Source: Bacteroidales bacterium
GTDB lineage: Bacteria; Bacteroidota; Bacteroidia; Bacteroidales; UBA4417
Length of the DNA: 64,000 nt
Direction of reading: 5' to 3'
Assembly: GCA_038322655.1 (NCBI GenBank)
Contig: JBBQGD010000001.1
Coordinates: 7,871-71,870, forward strand
Below are positions 27,103 through 37,197 of this stretch, one piece after another. The stretch's first letter is position 1; each line of letters starts with the position of its first letter. The notes under the pieces are model-generated. The model had not been told where the DNA came from. It searched no databases and worked only from the letters and a program-made list of their open reading frames with translations. The translations under genes and the position numbers were made by a program.

Positions 27103-30100
27103 TCAAATATTTGTTTTTTGAAGTAATTTATTGATTGATCCGAGTAATCTGTTCTTGCTAATAGGCTTCACTATGTAATCGTTGCAACCGGCCAACCTGG
27201 CTTCATTTTCATCATCTGATGAAATTAATCCGGAAAGAGCAATGATGGGCAGTTGCGGCAACATCTTCCGAATGAGCCTGGTGGATTCAAAACCATCCAT
27301 ATCAGGCATTTTCATATCCGTAAGCAGGATACATAGCTCAGGTGAATTTCTGCAAATCTCAATAGTTTCGATACCATTATGGGATCTGATAACTTTAAAA
27401 TCTGCTTTTTTAAGTACAATTTCCAGGTATTTGTAGTTGGAATCATCATCCTCGGCAACAAGTACTACACGTTGCCCGGCTGTTGTCAATTTTTCAGCAG
27501 GATTGATAACACCGGAACCTGTTTCATTTTCAGGTATAGTAAAGCAAAAGGTTGATCCTTCAGTATTTGTTGATTCAACCCATATATCACCTCCCAGACA
27601 TTTTACAAATCCCATGGCTATGGATAAGCCTAATCCACTGCCTTCATATTCACGCGAAGCTGATAAATCGGCTTGCCTGAAAATTTCAAATATTACAGGT
27701 AAAGTTTCTTCAGAAATCCCGGTGCCTGTGTCGCTTACTGAGAATAGGTGATTATCGTTTTTAAACTCATATGCGATGGTGACAGATCCGTCTTTTGTAA
27801 ATTTTATCGCATTATCTACCAGATGTGAAAATATTTTCGTAAGCAGAACGTCGTCAGTTTCAATTCGGAAATTATCGTCATGTGCTTTTTTAATGACATC
27901 CAATTTAAGGTTACGTGAGTGTAATGACTCAATAGTCTGATCAATTATTTTATTCAGAAAACTGCGAAGATTGAAAGAGCGTTTGTTAGTTTCAATGATT
28001 CCCGACACAATCATTGAAATATCCATATAGTTTGTAATGGTATTTATAAGCCTCGAACTGCTTTTTCTGATCATTTTATTGAACTCTATCCGGTCTTCTT
28101 CCGAACTGTCCATTCGGGTAATCATTTCGCTGAATCCTATAATGCCATTCAGCGGCGTTCGAAGTTCGTGAGTAATGTTCTGGAGAAAAGCAGATTTGAG
28201 CTTATCGTTGGCTTCAGCATATTCCTTGGCTTTCAATAATTCTTCCCTGGCTTGTTTACGTTCAGTAATATTGCGGAATACGCCTTGCAGAATATGTCGC
28301 CCGTTAAGCATTATGGTATTGGCAAGTATTTCTACCGGGATTTCAGTACCATCTGATCGGAGAATTATATTTTCATTTGGTTGAAGATTTTCTGCCTGTT
28401 GTTCTTTTTCTGAATCTTGACGGAAAGTTGCTTTTGAATATTCAATATTTCTAGATGGATGAATCATCGTCTGATGAAGTGTCTTGATTTCATCCAACGG
28501 ACGTCCAAGCATTCTGCAAGCAGCAGTATTTGCATCAATCAGCATTCCGGTTTCTATGTCGGCCAATATGATTGCATCGGGCGAAGCTTCAAAGAGTTCC
28601 CTGTATCTTTCTTCACTTTCCTGTAAAGCTGTTTCTGCCTGTAAACGATTTGAAATGTCCTCTTTTATAGCAAGATAATGGGTTACCTTACCTTCAGCAT
28701 CATTGATAGGCAATATCGTAGAGCTTTCATAGAAATACTCGCCATTTTTCTTCTTGTTAAGAAGAATGCCTTTCCACTCTTTCCCTTTTTTAATGGTATT
28801 CCACATCGATTTATATTCTTTCTCTGAGGTTTTTCCAGATTTGAATACAGATGTGTTTTGCCCGATCAATTCTTCAATTTTATACCCCGAAATTTTACAA
28901 CCTGCAGGATTGATATATTCTATTTTCCCTTGAAGATCAGTTATGATAATTGTATTTGGACTTTGCTGAACAACTGCTGAAAGTTTATGGAGTTCTTGTT
29001 CGGTATGATAACGTTTGCTGATATCCCGGCTCATCCCTCTGTAACCGATCAGTTTCCCTGCAGTGTCATAAACAGGAACGCCACTGGTTTCAAAATATAC
29101 CAGGTGCCCGTCTTTGTGTTTAAATTTATTTACCAATAAGTAAAAAGGCCTTGTACTTTGATCCTGTGATTGAATATCAATATTGATTTCGTTTAAGAGG
29201 TCATCAGAAATTAAGTCGTAAGGCGATTTTCCAATGGCTTCCCCGGGTGTATATCCCAGTATAGCTTCAATTTGCGGACTTACATACGTATAAATGCTGT
29301 CTTTATTTGTTTCCCATATAATATCAGAAGTCGATTCAACTAATGATTTGTATTTCTCTTCACTTTGCCTGAGTGTTTCTTCCGACTTTTTTCGATCTGT
29401 AATATTGCGGTAGATGGATTGATACGTTCCGTCGGGCATCATTTTGGTATGCATTTCAACAGGGATGGTATTTCCTTCTGGTTGAAGTAATTCCCGCTCA
29501 TTAATTACTGTTTTGCCTTTGTTGAGTAAATCGTATCTCAAAGGCTTTTCTTTCATTAAATCAGGTTTGAATAATTCCGTTATGTTTTTTCCTATCAGGT
29601 TTTTTAGTGATCGGCCGGTAAGCTTTTGCATGTAGGTATTTGCCTCGACTATGATGCCCTCGGGCGAACCTACCAGAATCCCGTCAACAGCAAGTTCAAT
29701 GAGTTCGCGGAATTTTCTTTCGCTTGTTTGCAGGGCAGTTTCTGCCAATTTTCGCTCAGTAATATCCTGAGCCATGGCAATATTTACCTTTTTGCCAAAA
29801 TAAGTGCTACCTATAACCCGAACTTCTTTTGGGAAAATTTCACCATTTGAACGCAGTCCCCAAAACTCAAATTGCTGTGGCTCGCCTGCAAAAGCAAGCT
29901 TAACCATAGCAGTTATGGCAAGAATGTTATTTTTGCCCGGAGCTGATACAAACAGTGGATTTTTACCAATCAATACTTCGCGGGGATAGCCATACATTTT
30001 TATAGCACCTTCATTTACATCTAAAAAGGTACCCTCTTCATCCTGTATGTAAATGGCATCTGTAACATTATTGAATAATTCCTGATAGCTGATTTCAGTA

Positions 30101-30987
30101 GCAGAATGTGTTTCCCATGCCTGTTTAATTTGGGTTAAGTCGGTAAATGAAGCAAGCATACATACAGGTTGATCCGAAGAATCTTTGACCATGCTTGCTG
30201 AAGACTGTACGTCAAATAATTCCCCGTTTTTTTTCAAGGCAATCATTTCACCGGTCCAGCTTCCATTTTTTCTTACAGACTTAATGACTTCATCTGCTTT
30301 CTCAATATTTTGCCAGAAACTTGTAACCGGATTTCCTGCTATTTCAGTTAATGAATTGTATCCCCATAATTTGATAAATGCCGGGTTCACGTATGTAAGT
30401 ATTCCCTGGAGGTCGGAAATAGCCATAGCATGTGTGGATGATTCTATGGCCCAATCTTTAATGCGGATGGCTTCTTCGGTTTGTTTTCTCAAAGTCACAT
30501 CTGTCCATGTGCAATGTACTTGTTTTAGGTTTCCGTTTTCATCCAAGCTGGACTTCGCAATAAAATTTACAAAAATTTGAGTCCTGTTCTTGCATATCAT
30601 CTCAAGTTCAAGCTCATGAATTTCATCTGATTTTTTAAAATCCGAGAAACATGTTTTTATTAATTCATCCGATTGAGGGGTAAGGAACTCTGTAAAAGGG
30701 TGGCCTATAACTTCTTCAAGCTTATAGCCCAATGTAATAAGCCATGCAGGATTGACATCAATAAAATATCCGTTGGCTTCTAAGGCCTGGTAATTAATCG
30801 GGGCGTTGTGGTATAAATCCCAAAAGCTAATTTCTTTGTCAAAACCTGCATTTATGGCTGGGGTATTCTTCGATGATCCATCATCAATACTTTTTTTTAG
30901 TGTTGTATAGGCAAGTTTTAGATCTTGTAACTCGTTATGGAGTTTTTCATAAGCTTCATCTTTATTTTCTTTATATCGGCTCATCAA
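27103..30987 (-). CDS. Hybrid sensor histidine kinase: about 7 PAS, HisKA, HATPase, C-terminal receiver
   Basis: 1294 aa. H-box is AFLQNITHELRTPLNG, N-box SHLVDNAIKFT, G1 DTGTGI, G2 GSGLGL. REC shows VLVAEDDD...LLTDMKMPDMDG...IVKP. No TM segment. It starts 11 nt after the upstream kinase stop. Confidence 0.9.
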   Translation of the reverse strand: MMSRYKENKDEAYEKLHNELQDLKLAYTTLKKSIDDGSSKNTPAINAGFDKEISFWDLYHNAPINYQALEANGYFIDVNPAWLITLGYKLEEVIGHPFTEFLTPQSDELIKTCFSDFKKSDEIHELELEMICKNRTQIFVNFIAKSSLDENGNLKQVHCTWTDVTLRKQTEEAIRIKDWAIESSTHAMAISDLQGILTYVNPAFIKLWGYNSLTEIAGNPVTSFWQNIEKADEVIKSVRKNGSWTGEMIALKKNGELFDVQSSASMVKDSSDQPVCMLASFTDLTQIKQAWETHSATEISYQELFNNVTDAIYIQDEEGTFLDVNEGAIKMYGYPREVLIGKNPLFVSAPGKNNILAITAMVKLAFAGEPQQFEFWGLRSNGEIFPKEVRVIGSTYFGKKVNIAMAQDITERKLAETALQTSERKFRELIELAVDGILVGSPEGIIVEANTYMQKLTGRSLKNLIGKNITELFKPDLMKEKPLRYDLLNKGKTVINERELLQPEGNTIPVEMHTKMMPDGTYQSIYRNITDRKKSEETLRQSEEKYKSLVESTSDIIWETNKDSIYTYVSPQIEAILGYTPGEAIGKSPYDLISDDLLNEINIDIQSQDQSTRPFYLLVNKFKHKDGHLVYFETSGVPVYDTAGKLIGYRGMSRDISKRYHTEQELHKLSAVVQQSPNTIIITDLQGKIEYINPAGCKISGYKIEELIGQNTSVFKSGKTSEKEYKSMWNTIKKGKEWKGILLNKKKNGEYFYESSTILPINDAEGKVTHYLAIKEDISNRLQAETALQESEERYRELFEASPDAIILADIETGMLIDANTAACRMLGRPLDEIKTLHQTMIHPSRNIEYSKATFRQDSEKEQQAENLQPNENIILRSDGTEIPVEILANTIMLNGRHILQGVFRNITERKQAREELLKAKEYAEANDKLKSAFLQNITHELRTPLNGIIGFSEMITRMDSSEEDRIEFNKMIRKSSSRLINTITNYMDISMIVSGIIETNKRSFNLRSFLNKIIDQTIESLHSRNLKLDVIKKAHDDNFRIETDDVLLTKIFSHLVDNAIKFTKDGSVTIAYEFKNDNHLFSVSDTGTGISEETLPVIFEIFRQADLSASREYEGSGLGLSIAMGFVKCLGGDIWVESTNTEGSTFCFTIPENETGSGVINPAEKLTTAGQRVVLVAEDDDSNYKYLEIVLKKADFKVIRSHNGIETIEICRNSPELCILLTDMKMPDMDGFESTRLIRKMLPQLPIIALSGLISSDDENEARLAGCNDYIVKPISKNRLLGSINKLLQKTNI

Positions 30988-30998
30988 CTTTTTATTTT

Positions 30999-33900
30999 TT
31001 AAGTAGCATTTTTTACTGTAAAGTAGAATGTACTACCTATTTCCTCTTCACTTTCAACCCAGATTTTTCCGCCGTTTTTTTCGACAAATTCTTTGCACAG
31101 TATAAGTCCAAGCCCGGTAGAGAGCTCACCATCTGTTCCTTTTGTTTTATAATTTGCATCAATAATGAAAAGCTTTTTTATCATTTCTGTTTTTATTCCT
31201 GTTCCTGTATCGTTTACTGAAACAGTAACGAAATGGTCTTCTGCAGCAGAAGCTGATATCCGGACAAAACCTCCGGTAGGTGTAAATTTTACAGCGTTAG
31301 AGAGTAAGTTGCGGATAATGGTAAGCAGCATATGAGAATCAGCGATCACATGAAGGTTTTCGGGAATTTCAATTTGTATATCTATTTCTTTCAGTTTTGC
31401 ATTATCCGAAATAATATTGGTGCAGTTATTTACGATCGGAAGGAGTTGCAAAGTTTCAGGCTCAAACCTTGTTACATCACGGTGTAACAGTGACCACTCA
31501 AGCAGGTTTTCGAGCAACTGATACAAGTTGATAGCTGAGGTCCGCATATATGATACAATAGACTTCAACTCCTCTTTTGGAAGGGTATCGACTTCTTCGT
31601 CGAGTATTTCGGTAAATCCAAGAAAAGCAGTAAACGGACTTCGCAGATCGTGAGCTATGATAGAGAAAAATTTGTCTTTGCTGTTATTTAATGCCTGGAG
31701 ATCTGCTGCATTTTTTTGCATCTGATCTTCAAATCTCTTTTGTTCGGTCAGGTCAATAATAACGCCTCTTGTTCCAATGCTTCTGTTTCCAGATATGATC
31801 GGAACTGAATGGATAGAGAAAGGAAAGGTCGCACCACTTTTTGTTATGCCAGTCATGCTTGCCCGATCCGATTTTTGGGGACCAAAAACAGCTTCCATGT
31901 GTAAACGAATCTCATCACGGTTTTCGGGAGATACAAGTTGATCAATCAGGCTATCTGCATTAAGGTCCTCTTGTTGGTAACCAAAAAGCTGCAATCCGGT
32001 ATCATTTAAATAGATAAGTTTGCCACTGTAATCAGCCTCATAAATAGTTTCGGGAAGTAGCTCAACAAGGTCCTGGAATTTTTGTCTGCTCTCGGTAAGG
32101 GCTTGTTCAATACGTTTCCGTTCAATAATTTCTTTCTCCAATCTCGAATTATGCAATTTCTGAACATTAATTCTTATTATACCAGATATAATCAACCCTA
32201 TCGAAATTAGCACCAGAAGCAGAAACCACCATGTAAAATAATAAGGATTTGTTATTCGGATTGTTGCTGACCGTTTGATATCACTCCATACTCCTGAAAA
32301 ATTACGGGCTTGTACACAGAAAGTATATATGCCTGGTTTCAGCCCAATATATTTGACTTTACCAATCATGGGCTGTGTTATGTCCTGCCAATCCTTATCG
32401 AAACCTTCGAGTTTGTATTTGTACTCAATCAAATTTTCATTATAAAAGGAAATTCCCCTGAATTGGAAAATCAAAGTATTATCAGAATATTTGATCCTGC
32501 TTTGCTGTTTTAAACCATGCTGAATACCTCTGCTGTCTTCGGCGTAAAGCAGGTCGATTACCGGTGTTGGAATTGTTGTTTTATCGAATCCGGGTTCAAA
32601 ACAGGATAGTCCCCGATCAGTACCGACCCATATTCGGCCTTTTGAGTCTTCTATGCCAGCAGAGCGGTTTGTTTCCCATCCTGCGAGGCCGTTGAAGGCA
32701 TTGTAAATGGTGATTTTACGATCTCCGTCCCATCTGTATACACCATTATCGGAACCAATCCAAAAAAATCCGATATGATCCTGGAAAATGAAGAAAACAG
32801 GGTTGCTGATTTCTATTCCATTTTTCCTGAACTTAATAATACTGTCATTTTCAATTATATACAAACCATGTATAGTGCCAACAAACTCAACACCTTTTTT
32901 GTCCTTGTAATATGAATATACATCGTCAGCTTTTTTATCGGCGGGTGAAGGAATTCTTTTAACTACAGTATCGTTGACATACCAAAGTCCATTTGATCCT
33001 GCAAGAAATAGTCCTCCGTCATCTGCAAGGAATATTTTGCGTAATGTAGCATGGATTTTCTCCATGTGCTTATATTCAATAAAAATGCCATTTCGTAAAT
33101 TGAAAAGTTTTCCGTCGACGATTGCCCAGATCCTGCCGGCTTTATCCTGGAGAACTGCCGAGGTATTTCTGCGGTTGTCTTTTTTATACCAGGTAATATT
33201 CCCGTTGGGCTGTAATCTGGCCAGGCCCAATACAACAGATGTGAACCAGATATTACCGGACTTGTCTTTCATCATATCAGCCACACGCGTATTCTGTAGC
33301 TTTGAATCAGGGAAAACTATTGTTTTATACAAATTATCTGAGTTGAAGATTGAAAGACCATTATTATGACCTAGTACTATTCTTCCGTCATTCATCTCAG
33401 TAATGGCTGATACTTCATTCTCATACATACCGTTTTTCTCACGATATATTTTAAGGTTTAAATTATTAAACTTACTTATTCCCCTGGTATCGGTGAACCA
33501 TACATTTTGTTCGCGATCGATAAATACCGAAGTTGCTCCATGTGAAGTAAATCCGTTATTAACCATCAGAGGAACTGCAATATCTGTTGATTTTAAAATA
33601 TAATATTTAGCCCAGATGTTTCCAAAGAAAATATTTCCTTGATCATCGACTGATATGTAAGCGTTGTAATAAATCGTTGGATGTGGCAACTGAAACTTAG
33701 TACTGACTTTGGTAAATGTATTATTCTGAATATATCCGACCCATTTTTCACTTAAAACCCATAACTTAAAATCCGGAGTACTTTTATTTTGAATGCTGAT
33801 CGATATAATGTCTTCACTATTAGGTTTAAGAAGTGTAATTAAACTTGTATCTATTTTGCCGTTTTCGCAAATTAATATCCCTTTTTTCGTCGCCAGATAA

Positions 33901-34439
33901 AATTTGTTCTGTTTCCCGATAACTGTATTCACGTAATTATCCGGTTCATTTTCAGATATTTTAAAATGTGTCCATTTATTGTTCTCATAAATGTAGAACC
34001 CGTCGGAGCATCCGATACAAACAACCGGGTAATTATTTTTGTAGATGATATCGAACGAGTTACTCAGGTAATTCTCTGTCCCTTTTTGTAGAGAAGGTAG
34101 TTTAAGCCACTGGTTATCATAAAAATAAACGATTGAATCTTTTGTGTATTGGGGCATCGCCCATATTATTCCTTTATCATCGATTCTTATTTTTTTGTAA
34201 CGCTTATCCGGTAACCCGCTGGTATTGTCAAAGTTTGTAAAACTAAAACCATCATATTTCGATATACCGAAATTGGTTGCAAACCACATAATGCCTGTGC
34301 TGTCCTGGCAGGCATCATTAATACTACGGGTTGGCAAACCATCACTTATGGTGTATGTCTTTATGAAATACTCCTGCGAAAAGCTTAACTGAATTATAGA
34401 AATAAATAAAATAAGAAATATGAATTTCTTGACTTTCAT
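30999..34439 (-). CDS. Periplasmic beta-propeller/Y_Y_Y sensor histidine kinase (no receiver, no HTH)
   Basis: Signal peptide is MKVKKFIFLILFISIIQLSFSQ (the start at 34439 is preferred over 34466). About 700 aa of two-component-regulator-propeller repeats (W..T..G...F) and a Y_Y_Y-like segment (YKYKLEGFDKDWQ) precede the TM (WWFLLLVLISIGLIISGII). One PAS follows. H-box is FFSIIAHDLRSPF and G2 is STGLGL. Confidence 0.85.
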   Translation of the reverse strand: MKVKKFIFLILFISIIQLSFSQEYFIKTYTISDGLPTRSINDACQDSTGIMWFATNFGISKYDGFSFTNFDNTSGLPDKRYKKIRIDDKGIIWAMPQYTKDSIVYFYDNQWLKLPSLQKGTENYLSNSFDIIYKNNYPVVCIGCSDGFYIYENNKWTHFKISENEPDNYVNTVIGKQNKFYLATKKGILICENGKIDTSLITLLKPNSEDIISISIQNKSTPDFKLWVLSEKWVGYIQNNTFTKVSTKFQLPHPTIYYNAYISVDDQGNIFFGNIWAKYYILKSTDIAVPLMVNNGFTSHGATSVFIDREQNVWFTDTRGISKFNNLNLKIYREKNGMYENEVSAITEMNDGRIVLGHNNGLSIFNSDNLYKTIVFPDSKLQNTRVADMMKDKSGNIWFTSVVLGLARLQPNGNITWYKKDNRRNTSAVLQDKAGRIWAIVDGKLFNLRNGIFIEYKHMEKIHATLRKIFLADDGGLFLAGSNGLWYVNDTVVKRIPSPADKKADDVYSYYKDKKGVEFVGTIHGLYIIENDSIIKFRKNGIEISNPVFFIFQDHIGFFWIGSDNGVYRWDGDRKITIYNAFNGLAGWETNRSAGIEDSKGRIWVGTDRGLSCFEPGFDKTTIPTPVIDLLYAEDSRGIQHGLKQQSRIKYSDNTLIFQFRGISFYNENLIEYKYKLEGFDKDWQDITQPMIGKVKYIGLKPGIYTFCVQARNFSGVWSDIKRSATIRITNPYYFTWWFLLLVLISIGLIISGIIRINVQKLHNSRLEKEIIERKRIEQALTESRQKFQDLVELLPETIYEADYSGKLIYLNDTGLQLFGYQQEDLNADSLIDQLVSPENRDEIRLHMEAVFGPQKSDRASMTGITKSGATFPFSIHSVPIISGNRSIGTRGVIIDLTEQKRFEDQMQKNAADLQALNNSKDKFFSIIAHDLRSPFTAFLGFTEILDEEVDTLPKEELKSIVSYMRTSAINLYQLLENLLEWSLLHRDVTRFEPETLQLLPIVNNCTNIISDNAKLKEIDIQIEIPENLHVIADSHMLLTIIRNLLSNAVKFTPTGGFVRISASAAEDHFVTVSVNDTGTGIKTEMIKKLFIIDANYKTKGTDGELSTGLGLILCKEFVEKNGGKIWVESEEEIGSTFYFTVKNAT

Positions 34440-35073
34440 TTTTATACAAGATTTCAGATACATCATGTTCAGAATAATAAAATAGTTTTAATGAACTGAG
34501 TCCATTTTAATTGAAATTGTTTTTGTCTGGCTGTTAGTGCTAAGTAATATTTAGGAAGTAATTAGTTAAGTGATGTTATAAAACTGATTTGCACCGGATT
34601 TTGTGTCTTAAAACCAAGCTGATTTCAAAAGTAAACCAATGGATTATCACGATTTCATTATCCCGGGAATGTTTTCTTCTATTAAGTTTTGTACAAAAAT
34701 AATTAATTATTCCGCTTTGTGCAATATGACAGGTAGTTTTTATACTTTGCCATAGCGAAATCTGTGGAAATCAGGAATTTCTGACTAACCCTACAATTTC
34801 CGATTGGATAGCGTGATTAAAACTTTCTGATTGATTAAGTGTTAAATTTATAGTGCATGTAGAAGTCACTGATTTGAAAAAATAATTCCTCTCAAATTTA
34901 ATGTCTGGATTATTTTGGTAGTCAATGTAACTTACATGATTTTAACACAAAGCCATTGTTGAACTACAACAAATGTATTTAATGTATGTTTGAGAATAAT
35001 CCGGCAAAATGGCTCATAAATTTTTACCAACAATAAGAAACTACTATTAAATCATGTTGTTTGCCTTCTTATA

Positions 35074-37095
35074 ATGACACATTCTAACCAACTTATACAC
35101 GAAACAAGTCCTTATTTGTTGCAGCATGCCCATAATCCCGTAAACTGGCTTCCTTATGGGAATGAAGCTTTTGCAGAGGCACAGCGTGCAAATAAGCCAA
35201 TGCTTATAAGTATTGGATATTCATCGTGCCATTGGTGCCATGTAATGGAACATGAGTCGTTCGAGAATACGGAAATTGCGAAGCTGATGAACGATTATTT
35301 TGTTTGTGTTAAAGTGGACAGGGAAGAGAGACCTGATGTGGACCATGTATATATGGACGCAGTGCAACAGATACATGGCAGCGGAGGCTGGCCTTTGAAT
35401 TGTTTTGCATTGCCTGATGGAAGGCCTTTTTGGGGTGGCACCTATTTCAGGCCGGAACAGTGGACACAATTGATCAAAAATATTCACGAACTATTTCATA
35501 ACAGGAATGCTGATCTGAAACAACAGGCTGATGAAGTTTCCGAAGGTCTTGCCAGGCAAAATTATCTTCTGAGTGAAGAGTCCGGAAACTTCACTGGTTC
35601 ATTTGATTTTGTGGCAATATTTGACATATTGCGTCATGCTTTTGATTGCGTAAAAGGAGGGATGAGCGGATCTCTGAAGTTTCCTATGCCTGTTGTCCTA
35701 AATTTTATATTGCAGTATTATAACAGTCAAAATGATACAAATGCAATAACATTCATCGATCTCTCCCTGCAGAAGATGGCTTGTGGAGGTATTTACGACC
35801 AGGCAGGCGGAGGTTTCGCCAGGTATTCAACCGATAGCGACTGGAAAGTACCACATTTCGAAAAGATGCTTTATGACAATGCGCAACTGGTTGGCCTTTA
35901 TTCAAAAGCTTTTCTAAAGACGGGAAACAAGCTTTACAAAGATGTTATTGAACAAACAATTGAGTTTTTAAACAGGGAGCTTAAGGCGCCCGAAGGCGTT
36001 TTTTATTCTGCACTTGATGCGGATAGCGAGGGGGAAGAAGGATTGTTCTATAGCTGGACATCGGAGGAATTCAAAGAAGCATTGGGCCATTACGCTGAAT
36101 TAGCTGGCGAATATTATGGTATTGATGCTCAAGGTTTATGGGAGAACGGGCGAAATATCTTACTTCGTCCTGATAGTGATGATGTATTTGCACAACAGCA
36201 TTTCCTGTCGGCGGACGAATTGGCAGCATTAACCGTTTTTTTTAGTGCCCAGTTGCTCAAAGTACGCTCGAAGCGAATTAGTCCGGGCCTGGATGATAAA
36301 ATGCTCGTTGCATGGAATTCGCTTATGATCAGTGCCTTGATTAATGCTTATGTTGCACTTGATCGTAATGCATTCCTGGAGTCGGCGATCCAGGTTGGCA
36401 GTTTTATAATTAATAATCTGAAACGCTCCGAGAATGGACTTTTCCACACATGGAAAAATGGAAAGTCACAGATCAATGCCTTTCTTGATGATTATGCATT
36501 TACTTGTGAAGCATTTTTAAAACTTTATACTGTAACTACTGATATACAATGGCTGCATGAAGCAGAGAAACTTGCATTTTATGCTGTGGAGCATTTTTAC
36601 GATTCCCTTTCTGGATTTTTCTGGTATTCTGAAAATGAGGATAAACAGGTTTTTGCCCGAAAAATCGAGATCTATGATGGCGTAGTCCCATCCGGGAATT
36701 CTGCAATGGCACATGTTTTAAACTCACTTGGAATTTTCCTTCACAATACCGGTTATACTGAAAAAGCACGCCGGATGCTGATCTCAATGGAGAACCGGAT
36801 ATCTCGTTATCCGGCAGCATACGCAAACTGGGCTTCTCTTGCTTTAGTTGTTGAAAAAGAGCAATATGTAATAGCTGTGGTTGGTCAGGATGCTGTTTCG
36901 GTGATTAAGAAACTCGAGGAAAGAAACTTTCCCGGTACACTTATTTTCGGGAGCCTGATAAAAAGCGACCTGCCTTATTTTGAAAACCGGTTGATTGAAG
37001 GAAAAACGCTGATATATATATGTTCCGGCACTTTTTGTATGGAGCCTGTGGAAACTGTAGATGACGCAGTTTTATTGATAGGGAAAAGTAAATGA
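35074..37095 (+). CDS. Thioredoxin-domain protein, DUF255/YyaL family (thioredoxin fold plus six-hairpin glycosidase-like domain)
   Basis: 673 aa. [51 protein letters not shown] and [12 protein letters not shown] are the characteristic family motifs. Confidence 0.85.
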   Translation: MTHSNQLIHETSPYLLQHAHNPVNWLPYGNEAFAEAQRANKPMLISIGYSSCHWCHVMEHESFENTEIAKLMNDYFVCVKVDREERPDVDHVYMDAVQQIHGSGGWPLNCFALPDGRPFWGGTYFRPEQWTQLIKNIHELFHNRNADLKQQADEVSEGLARQNYLLSEESGNFTGSFDFVAIFDILRHAFDCVKGGMSGSLKFPMPVVLNFILQYYNSQNDTNAITFIDLSLQKMACGGIYDQAGGGFARYSTDSDWKVPHFEKMLYDNAQLVGLYSKAFLKTGNKLYKDVIEQTIEFLNRELKAPEGVFYSALDADSEGEEGLFYSWTSEEFKEALGHYAELAGEYYGIDAQGLWENGRNILLRPDSDDVFAQQHFLSADELAALTVFFSAQLLKVRSKRISPGLDDKMLVAWNSLMISALINAYVALDRNAFLESAIQVGSFIINNLKRSENGLFHTWKNGKSQINAFLDDYAFTCEAFLKLYTVTTDIQWLHEAEKLAFYAVEHFYDSLSGFFWYSENEDKQVFARKIEIYDGVVPSGNSAMAHVLNSLGIFLHNTGYTEKARRMLISMENRISRYPAAYANWASLALVVEKEQYVIAVVGQDAVSVIKKLEERNFPGTLIFGSLIKSDLPYFENRLIEGKTLIYICSGTFCMEPVETVDDAVLLIGKSK

Positions 37096-37197
37096 GGCTA
37101 AATTATTTTGACGGTTTAACACTTTAGCTCTGATCGCAACTTCAGCATTCCAGGGTCCAGCCTATCAGAAATAGCTGAAACTTAAACTTTACTGGTA

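Noticed and set aside
30873-31220. 115-aa plus-strand ORF spanning the junction of the two minus-strand kinases
   Set aside because: It is antisense to both kinase coding regions, has F/Y/L-rich AT-biased composition, and has no motifs.
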